In this document: in pieces, positions 25,454 to 32,000 of the stretch
Position numbering within the stretch: the stretch's first letter is position 1
How the letters are laid out: each line of letters opens with the position of its first letter
Origin: an uncultured archaeon
GTDB taxonomy: Archaea > Iainarchaeota > Iainarchaeia > Iainarchaeales > JAAZKV01
DNA length: 32,000 nt
Direction of reading: 5' to 3'
NCBI GenBank assembly: GCA_964551375.1
Contig: CAZKBG010000001.1
Location: 450,001 to 482,000, forward strand
The notes under the pieces: model-generated
Database searches by the model: none
Told to the model about the DNA's origin: nothing
What the model saw: only the letters and a program-made list of their open reading frames with translations
Program-made: the position numbers and the translations under genes

Positions 25454-25753
25454 TCACAGAGCCTTCGGTCCCTTAAAATAATTATTTTCCCTAAGCTTTG
25501 CGCTTGCGTTCTTTAAAGCATCCTCAACCGAAAGCGAAGGCTTAACTTCATCCTTCCTAAACTTGTTGCTCATCTCAATAGGCTGAAAACTCGGCTCTTC
25601 AGCAGCATTAATTTCATCCAGCTTGTTAAAAGAATCAAGAATAATTTCTTTTATTTGAGGAACAAACTTTTCAAGCTCCTCTTCAGTCAAATTAAGCCTT
25701 GCGTTAAGAGCAACTTTTCTAATCAAATCCTTAGTAACTTCAATATTAGCCAT
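25454..25753 (-). CDS. gatC: Asp/Glu-tRNA amidotransferase subunit C
   Basis: MANIEVTKDLIRKVALNARLNLTEEELEKFVPQIKEIILDSFNKLDEI. Upstream of gatA. Start at the internal Met is more plausible than 25771. Confidence 0.9.
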   Translation of the reverse strand: MANIEVTKDLIRKVALNARLNLTEEELEKFVPQIKEIILDSFNKLDEINAAEEPSFQPIEMSNKFRKDEVKPSLSVEDALKNASAKLRENNYFKGPKAL

Positions 25754-25820
25754 ATCAGAACAATAATGCAAAAGGTTTTTTAATGAACAAAGACGCTAAT
25801 TTTAGCTAAGGGTAAACAAT

Positions 25821-26351
25821 ATGCCGGGCGGAAAAGTACATGGAGGAGGAGGACACGGAAGGCACTCAAGAGAACAGAGGCGAAAATTAATCCACCAAGT
25901 ACGCGCTGAAGAAGGAATACAACGACAGCAGGCAAAACGAGAAAGATATTTTGAAAGAAAATATGAAGGACTTGCCGCGCACTTTGACGCAGTGATAAAA
26001 CCAACCGCCCAAAAAGCGCTTGCAAATATTCAAGCCGCGATGAAGCCAAGCGCTCATGGAAAATCCCTTATTCGCCAGCAGGCAATAATAAGACTCCTTG
26101 CAGTTGACGCATGGCATCACGAAGAAGCGGTGAAAAAAGCAAAAGAACTTCACGTCGAAGATCACCTAAATCCTGAAAAGTTCCACATACTTGAAAGAGA
26201 ACAGCGCGAAACGCTTTGGAAAGAAATCTTAAGCAAAAAAGTCGTGGGAGGAACGGTTCTCATCCCAAGAAAACCAGCAGAGCTTAAAGAAGAAATTGAA
26301 AAATGGAAGGGAAGAGTAAAACACATGTCAAATGGGCAATATCTTAGGTAA
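25821..26351 (+). CDS. Hypothetical basic/His-rich protein
   Basis: 176-aa open frame, N-terminus MPGGKVHGGGGHGRHSREQRRKL, mostly helical. No recognised domain. Confidence 0.6.
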   Translation: MPGGKVHGGGGHGRHSREQRRKLIHQVRAEEGIQRQQAKRERYFERKYEGLAAHFDAVIKPTAQKALANIQAAMKPSAHGKSLIRQQAIIRLLAVDAWHHEEAVKKAKELHVEDHLNPEKFHILEREQRETLWKEILSKKVVGGTVLIPRKPAELKEEIEKWKGRVKHMSNGQYLR

Positions 26352-26405
26352 AAAAATTTGGTGATTTTAGTTTTTTAAACTTGCAACTGAATTTATTTAT
26401 TAAAT

Positions 26406-27374
26406 TCAATACTCGCTCATTAGTTTCTGCTTGTGCTGCTTTAAGGGTTTAGCAGTGAATCCAAGCCGATTCAATTTTCTTGCAAACTCTTCGCAAAATC
26501 CATGGTCAGTAAGAACAAGCTTGGGATTTGATGCTTTAACATACGCAATCAAATCATTAAAATCAGCATGATTGCTTAGTTTAAAAGTCCTGTCAAACGC
26601 CCCTCTAAATTCCCACCCAGTCACAAGCGCTGAGTGAATTTTTCTTTTATCAAAATGCTCAAGCGTTGCAAACAAATGCCTATCAACCATCTGCGGAGGC
26701 ATGATTAAAACGCTTGATTCTTTAAGATTATGATCAAGCTTCAAATAATTTCCAAGCTTTATTCCATATTTTTCATAAATTTTATTCGCATCAAAGATAG
26801 AATCATGAACAATCGGCACAACCCCCGCTTCGTTTGCAATCCTTGTAAGCTCCTGACTCTTCCCAAGCGAATACCCCGCAAGAAGAACAAGCCCTTCTTT
26901 TGAATTCTTCTTAACCCAGTCAATCATTTCACTAACAACATCCTCCTGCTTTGGAAAAACATATTCAGGAGAGCCAAAAGTTGTCTCAAGCACAAGCGTT
27001 TCGCACTCAACAGGCTCTGCTCCCTTAAATAAAAGAGAATCCTGAAGCCTAAAATCAGAAGTAAACACATGCTCTTTTCCATCATGCGAAAACTTCGCCT
27101 GCGCAGAGCCGAGAATATGCCCGTTAGGAAACAATTCAAGCTCAAATTCATCAAACTTTGTTTTTTTATTAAAATCAATGCTTGAAAACTCCGCTTCCCC
27201 AAACCTAAGCTTCACAAAATCAATCGTTGGAGGGGTTGCAAAAAACACGGATTTTTTTGACAATTTTACATGATCAGAATGCGCATGAGAAAGAAAAACC
27301 TGCCTCTGCTTTGGCGCTCGGTGAGGGTCAATACAAAGCGATGAAAAAGTAATACCATTATCCTGGCGAAACAT
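26406..27374 (-). CDS. Metallo-beta-lactamase-fold nuclease (SNM1/CPSF-like RNA/DNA exonuclease family)
   Basis: FLSHAHSDHVKL (HxHxDH), NGHILGSAQAKF, VFTSDFRL, LETTFGSPEY, LVLTDHGFC. The start may be 27374 or 27440. The track's 27539 start is unlikely because it lies upstream of the divergent promoter. Confidence 0.75.
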   Translation of the reverse strand: MFRQDNGITFSSLCIDPHRAPKQRQVFLSHAHSDHVKLSKKSVFFATPPTIDFVKLRFGEAEFSSIDFNKKTKFDEFELELFPNGHILGSAQAKFSHDGKEHVFTSDFRLQDSLLFKGAEPVECETLVLETTFGSPEYVFPKQEDVVSEMIDWVKKNSKEGLVLLAGYSLGKSQELTRIANEAGVVPIVHDSIFDANKIYEKYGIKLGNYLKLDHNLKESSVLIMPPQMVDRHLFATLEHFDKRKIHSALVTGWEFRGAFDRTFKLSNHADFNDLIAYVKASNPKLVLTDHGFCEEFARKLNRLGFTAKPLKQHKQKLMSEY

Positions 27375-27448
27375 ACTGTAATAATCTTGCTTAAAGTATA
27401 AAAGCACTATTAAGCCACGACTGATGTTTTGTCCAGCCATAGAGAAAT

Positions 27449-27460
27449 GTATATATACAA
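27449..27460 (+). promoter_or_regulatory. Archaeal TATA box for a leaderless start at 27480
   Basis: TGTATATATACA centred about 26 nt upstream of the ATG at 27480. The track's upstream start at 27429 lies before it. Confidence 0.6.
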
Positions 27461-27479
27461 AAAAACCCTTTATTCTCGC

Positions 27480-28520
27480 ATGAGCCAGGCGCTGGAAAAT
27501 AAAGTAGAGAAAGCAATTGTAAGCATTAACGAGCTTCATGACACAATAGCGAAAGTAAACTGGGCAACGCTAAAAAGGGACGGATTTGTTTTTGAGCTTG
27601 AACACAGCGACAAAAGACTCAAAGACATTTATCTTGCGCTCAACGAGATAAATAAAGAATTAAAGCTCCTCCTTGAGAAAAATACTCCAACTCTTGACTC
27701 CATATTAAGCGAACTTTCAAGGGAAATGACAATAATTGAGTCAAACATAATAATGGAGAAAAAGAAAAAACTAAGGCAGGAAATGGTAAACGCGCTTGAA
27801 TCAGTTGACGTGCCCGATTTATACTCCTCACTTCAGCAGAAAATATTATCACTTTCATTAAAATTAAGATATAACATTGACAGAATCAAAAATTTCCTTT
27901 CAGCAAGAAAAATGCCTTTTGTAAAAAAAGGCTCAACAGCAAAACACCTTCTTGACGCGCTCTCAATGAAAGAGCAGGAACTAAACGAACTCAAACAAAA
28001 ATCATTAGAGCTGAAAAGAAAATCCTACTTTGGAAATGTAACAGAAAAAACAATTGCCGACATCGAGTCAGAGCTTCATGAAATGGACAAAAAACTCAAC
28101 GAAACAGTGACTGAAACTTCAAAGTCGCTTAAAACCCACTTTGCGCAGATAAATTACGTTGAAGGAAGTTTCATTGACCTCAAAAAAAGAGTTGAAGAGA
28201 TTGACGCCACCCACTCGCAATTTTCCAAAAAAGCTCTTGAAGTAATAAGAGAGCTCAAAAAAGAAAGAGATTTTGCAAAAACCCTCGCGCTTGAAATGGA
28301 GCACGAAACCCACAGCAGAAGAAACGAATACACAAAGCAGATTCTTTCAATTGAAGAAAAAAAGAATGCGATTGAAGAACGCCTCGCTGAAAAGCACGAT
28401 AAAGAAACAGAACACATCAAACGACAGCTTGAAGAGAAAAGCGCGGCATTAAAACACGCTCACAAACTAATTGAAAAACTTGAAAATGAAGTAAAAGAAC
28501 TAAAATCCCAAAAAGCATAA
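27480..28520 (+). CDS. Long coiled-coil protein of unknown function
   Basis: About 346 aa dominated by E/K/L heptad-like sequence (MDKKLNETVTETSKSLKTH..., KHIKRQLEEKSAALKHAHKLIEKLENEVKELKSQK-type). Start placed relative to the TATA box. Confidence 0.7.
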   Translation: MSQALENKVEKAIVSINELHDTIAKVNWATLKRDGFVFELEHSDKRLKDIYLALNEINKELKLLLEKNTPTLDSILSELSREMTIIESNIIMEKKKKLRQEMVNALESVDVPDLYSSLQQKILSLSLKLRYNIDRIKNFLSARKMPFVKKGSTAKHLLDALSMKEQELNELKQKSLELKRKSYFGNVTEKTIADIESELHEMDKKLNETVTETSKSLKTHFAQINYVEGSFIDLKKRVEEIDATHSQFSKKALEVIRELKKERDFAKTLALEMEHETHSRRNEYTKQILSIEEKKNAIEERLAEKHDKETEHIKRQLEEKSAALKHAHKLIEKLENEVKELKSQKA

Positions 28521-28556
28521 TTGATAAAATGTAAATAATAAGTTCTTTTGCAATCT

Positions 28557-28973
28557 TTATTCAACAAGAGGAGCGTCTTTTGGCTCAAAATCCCGCTCTT
28601 TAAATAAAATGCTGATTGCAGTCTTTGAAATCTCGCCAATAAGCCTTGCTTTTTCATCCTCAAACTCCGAATCATCAAGCCCTGAAACAGAATCAACTTC
28701 AACTGCCTTTAATATTCTTGTATTTGAAGCAAGTTCCACATCAATAAGCTTCTTTTTAATAAAATCAGCCTCTTCCTCTTCCTCAACCATTGCAAAAACA
28801 ATCAAAAAGTCGCTTTCCTTTGAGCATTCAAGCGCAACAAACGGCAAATCAATAGTAACAGGCACATATCTTGTTTCAAGCTCAAGCCCGGAGATATTCT
28901 TTCCAAGCGCTCTTCCAAGCTCAGGGAATATTTTTATCTGCGTGTCTTTTGTCGAGATCAACGAAATTTTCAT
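28557..28973 (-). CDS. Small soluble protein, tentatively lumazine/riboflavin-synthase-like fold, function uncertain
   Basis: 138 aa; 'ETRYVPVTIDLPFVALECSKESDFLIVFAMV' faintly resembles the archaeal riboflavin/lumazine synthase N-terminal region. Weak similarity from memory. Confidence 0.35.
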   Translation of the reverse strand: MKISLISTKDTQIKIFPELGRALGKNISGLELETRYVPVTIDLPFVALECSKESDFLIVFAMVEEEEEADFIKKKLIDVELASNTRILKAVEVDSVSGLDDSEFEDEKARLIGEISKTAISILFKERDFEPKDAPLVE

Positions 28974-29090
28974 ACACTAAATAACACAACAACCTAATTT
29001 AATTCTTTCACTTTCGCCTAAAAAAACAGGATTTTTTCAAATACACAATCTTTATAAAAAAGAACTTCTTAGTTATTGCAGTGTTATTTG

Positions 29091-30746
29091 ATGTATGACA
29101 AGGATTTTGGCGGGCCAGACTTTGGTTCCGGAGACGGATTAGGCGATAACCAAGTCCAGGGATTTAACGTGCCAAACATTGACACGGGCGCAATGAGAGA
29201 CATGGCAGGGGACGCCGCAAATGCAGGCGCAAACATGGGAAAAAAAATCCTTCCAATCGCAATAATACTAATAATCCTGCTTGCAGTAGGGTTTTTTGTT
29301 TTTACATACGTCGGCTCCCAAAAGGACGTTACAATTGAGCTTCAGGACATTGACGGAAATCCCGTAAGCGGAAGAATTACAAGCTTTAAGGACCCTGCCC
29401 TAAAAGCAGTTCCAACAAGCCCAAAGGAAGGACCTGAAACAACATTTAACGCAAAAGTATTCCCAGGCGACCACAAAATAAGCGTGAGCGCAACAGGATA
29501 CAAGCCAGTTTCAAATAAAACTCTCACAATCACTTCAGACAAAACATCATACCCTGTTACACTTACAAGAGACATATCAGCAAGCTTTGACATACAGCTT
29601 CCTGCAGAAATCTTTGAAGGACAGTCAGTAGCTGGAAAATTAGTGGTTCAAAACAACGGAGGAGAATTTAACACAAGCGACATTACTCCCACAGTCACAG
29701 GGCCAATTGAAGTAAAAATGGAACTAAGCGGCTCTGATATAATTGCAACAGGCGGCGCGGTTTCACTTGACTTTAATATGAAAACAAAAGCCGGGACAGC
29801 AATCACTGCAGGGCAAAAAGTTTCAGTAACATTTAAAGTAAACGGCTCTGAAGTAACAAGCGAAAAAGTCGAGCTTAGCGCATTCCCCGGAGTTAAAACA
29901 ACCGAAGTCACAGTAAGCGGAGTGGAAAAACTCGGCGAAACAAAAGCAATAGGATTAACAGCAGGAACCGACTTGCAGGTAAAAATTACTATTAAAAACG
30001 CAAACAAAAAAGCGCCTTTAAAAAATTTAAGAATTGAAATAGTCCCTGATTCAGAATCAAGCGCGACAAGCGAGTGGATTAGATTTGCAGAGCCAAGCGC
30101 AGAAAGCCGCCTTGTAAAAACAGCCGACGAATTACTGCCAAACACCACGCTCACAGTGACTGTGTTTGTTGAACCCCCAATTGAATCAAAAATAGGCGAT
30201 TCGTTCCAGGGAAGCTTCAAAATTAACGCATTATCAATGAACGGAGAAGTGTCAAAAGTAATGAACTTAGAAGTTACAAAAGAAATCAAAGCGCTCCTCA
30301 ACCTTGTGATTACACCACAAAATCCATCAATAACATGCAAAACAAGCGACAGCATATGCACAACACTCCAATACAGAAATGTAAGCGGAACTCCGACAGC
30401 ATACCTTGAAAATGTGGGGGATATAACAATACTAAAGCCAATAAATATTGCAATTGATGTTTCAGACCCTACAACAAGCACGCTTTGCACTTCATGGATT
30501 TCAACATTCAACCCAGATTCAGGAATGCCTGACGGAGCAGGCGGGTACAACATACAAAAAGATTTGACTGCAAAAGGAACAACAGGAAGCAAAACTTCTG
30601 TTGAAATGGATATTACATCAGTGATTACAGACGAATCAACACAAATAACATGCCCAATAAAATACACTTTCACAGACCCAACAACTGATTTAGTAAAAAC
30701 AAGCAAACTTTCAATGACAATAAAAAGAACAATAAGCACATCATAA
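29091..30746 (+). CDS. Membrane-anchored protein with large extracytoplasmic Ig-like/carboxypeptidase-regulatory-like domains
   Basis: Short Gly/Asp-rich N-terminus, one TM (ILPIAIILIILLAVGFFVFTYVG), then repeated beta-domain sequence. ATG at 29091 is preferred over the track's TTG at 29076; TTTATAAAAA lies at 29051-29060. Confidence 0.7.
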   Translation: MYDKDFGGPDFGSGDGLGDNQVQGFNVPNIDTGAMRDMAGDAANAGANMGKKILPIAIILIILLAVGFFVFTYVGSQKDVTIELQDIDGNPVSGRITSFKDPALKAVPTSPKEGPETTFNAKVFPGDHKISVSATGYKPVSNKTLTITSDKTSYPVTLTRDISASFDIQLPAEIFEGQSVAGKLVVQNNGGEFNTSDITPTVTGPIEVKMELSGSDIIATGGAVSLDFNMKTKAGTAITAGQKVSVTFKVNGSEVTSEKVELSAFPGVKTTEVTVSGVEKLGETKAIGLTAGTDLQVKITIKNANKKAPLKNLRIEIVPDSESSATSEWIRFAEPSAESRLVKTADELLPNTTLTVTVFVEPPIESKIGDSFQGSFKINALSMNGEVSKVMNLEVTKEIKALLNLVITPQNPSITCKTSDSICTTLQYRNVSGTPTAYLENVGDITILKPINIAIDVSDPTTSTLCTSWISTFNPDSGMPDGAGGYNIQKDLTAKGTTGSKTSVEMDITSVITDESTQITCPIKYTFTDPTTDLVKTSKLSMTIKRTISTS

Positions 30747-30819
30747 AAACCGGCTTTTTTAAATTATTCAACCCCCCAACCAAAAAGCTTTTTATTGTAC
30801 AAACCCCAAATACTATCGC

Positions 30820-31440
30820 ATGCCAATTGAACAAATAAAGCCTATACGCTATACTGACGGCTATGAAAGCGCTGAAAAAGAAGACGATGAAATAGTACTA
30901 CCTTCGCTTAGTGAACTTCGAAAAAAAACAATGGACAAAGAGAAAACCATTGAAGACTCCCACAAGCAGATTCACACTGCAATTAAATCAGCCGCCCTTC
31001 CTCGAAAATCATCCGAAAGATACGACAAACAGTTTGGAAAAAAGAACGAACGAAGAGCATACAAGTGGGCAATCGCATTATTCTGCATCGCAATTGTAAT
31101 AACATTCTTTGCCCAGCCAAGCATAGTATTCACAACATCAGGAAGCGCGCTCCTGCTAAAAAATTACTCAGGAAGGGAAATAACTAATGTAACTGTTTTC
31201 ACTTCAGATGATTTATTAAGCTCTCAAAAAACGCCTTATGCAGTTTTTGACAGCATCAAACCGTTTGAAGAAAAAGAAATAAAAAGCGACAAAGTCCGAA
31301 TGCTCATAGCCCTAAGCGACAGACAGCTTCCCGCAGTAGGAGTTGCGCCAATTTCCGACCAAAACATTAATAATGACAAAAACTCTAATACTCCTGCAAG
31401 CCTAAATGATATTTACAACCAAGTAAAGGGTGGACAATAA
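30820..31440 (+). CDS. Single-pass membrane protein, unknown function
   Basis: Charged ~80-aa N-terminus, one TM (YKWAIALFCIAIVITFFA), small C-terminal domain. Confidence 0.65.
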   Translation: MPIEQIKPIRYTDGYESAEKEDDEIVLPSLSELRKKTMDKEKTIEDSHKQIHTAIKSAALPRKSSERYDKQFGKKNERRAYKWAIALFCIAIVITFFAQPSIVFTTSGSALLLKNYSGREITNVTVFTSDDLLSSQKTPYAVFDSIKPFEEKEIKSDKVRMLIALSDRQLPAVGVAPISDQNINNDKNSNTPASLNDIYNQVKGGQ

Positions 31441-32000
31441 TGCCTGCTGATGAAAAAAGCATAATAAAAATAATCCAGAAAATGGTACAGGACAACGAGC
31501 CTGAACAAAAAATAGTTGAAACCCTTCAAAGCATGGGAGTAGAACAAGACCAGGCAAAAAGACTCTTATTGATTGCGCAGGCGGATACTTTCACTCTTCT
31601 TGGAGCGGAGCTTGATAAAATTGTTGCAGAAAAAATGGCTGTTCAAAAAGAAATCCTGCAAAAAGAATCCGCAGCATTTATTAATAATGTTTTAGAGCAA
31701 AAGAAAAAAGAAATACGAGTTGAAATGGAGAAAGAGCTCCTTAGATACAAAACAGATTTGTTTGACAATCAGAAAAAATTCCAGGACAGCATTAACGAAT
31801 CCATCGAAAAAATCGCAAAACTAAACGAGCAATCCTACGCGATGAGCGAAGAAAACAAAAAAATGATAGAAACTGTGAATAAAGACTTGTCAGAGACAAA
31901 ATTAAAGGGAATAAAAGTAAGGCGCTCAATTGCAAGAACAATGCTAATGGTATTTGGAATAGCTGCATTTTTAGCCGCAGGCGGGTTAATAGTTTACACG
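31440..32000 (+). CDS. N-terminal UBA-like helical region, coiled coil, and C-terminal TM protein (3' truncated by window edge, absent from ORF track)
   Basis: ATG at 31440 overlaps the TAA of the preceding gene (TAATG). Open to the window end: MPADEKSIIKIIQKMVQDNEPEQKIVETLQSMGVEQDQAKRLLLIAQADTFTLL...RSIARTMLMVFGIAAFLAAGGLIVYT. Confidence 0.75.
   Translation, partial: MPADEKSIIKIIQKMVQDNEPEQKIVETLQSMGVEQDQAKRLLLIAQADTFTLLGAELDKIVAEKMAVQKEILQKESAAFINNVLEQKKKEIRVEMEKELLRYKTDLFDNQKKFQDSINESIEKIAKLNEQSYAMSEENKKMIETVNKDLSETKLKGIKVRRSIARTMLMVFGIAAFLAAGGLIVYT

Noticed and set aside
25780-26165. Overlapping minus-strand ORFs opposite the 176-aa hypothetical
   Set aside because: Antisense to 25821..26351, which has the better start context and composition. 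The Phe/Ser/Leu-rich translations are typical antisense artefacts.
26924-27202. 92-aa minus-strand ORF nested in the MBL gene
   Set aside because: Alternative frame inside the strongly supported MBL-fold CDS. No independent evidence.
29648-30739. 363-aa minus-strand ORF
   Set aside because: Almost entirely antisense to the well-supported 29091..30746 CDS. Its hydrophobic composition (V/S/I-rich) is the expected mirror of a Thr/Lys/Glu-rich gene. No start context or motif.
1-32000. CRISPR array, restriction-modification, toxin-antitoxin or diversity-generating retroelement
   Set aside because: No regularly spaced repeats, Cas, RT, integrase or methyltransferase motifs were seen. The duplicated adhesin module lacks an RT or TR/VR pair, so a DGR is not supported.

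Overview
This window looks like an archaeal chromosome segment, probably from a DPANN-type lineage. That placement is inferred from class III (type IV prepilin) signal peptides, deoxyhypusine synthase, and leaderless or TATA-type gene starts. From left to right it contains: a 5'-truncated DUF362-like protein; an MFS transporter; tRNA-Gln(TTG) on the minus strand and tRNA-Ile(GAT) on the plus strand; and a minus-strand signal-transduction block. That block has a KaiC-like ATPase, two stand-alone receivers, a P-loop-less KaiC/DUF835-like protein, a membrane histidine kinase, and a membrane HAMP/multi-PAS protein with no kinase domain. Next is a type IV pilus/Tad-like locus of about 10 kb with a secretion ATPase, two GspF/TadC-like membrane proteins, a Lys-rich wHTH protein, and several pilin-like proteins. 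After it come deoxyhypusine synthase, a histidine-phosphatase-fold protein that lacks its catalytic His, a double-wHTH regulator with a membrane partner, a gatC-gatA-GNAT-gatB cluster, an MBL-fold nuclease, a coiled-coil protein, and three membrane-anchored proteins at the right edge. The strongest candidate for a novel system is the pilus locus. Its lead gene fuses a class III pilin N-terminus to a C-terminal module resembling phage tail fibres plus a LamG-like jellyroll, and a second secreted copy of the module lies immediately downstream. The locus sits next to the KaiC/two-component block. A second oddity is a 105-bp in-frame tail duplication beyond the TAG stop of a wHTH gene, carrying two GC-rich hairpins.
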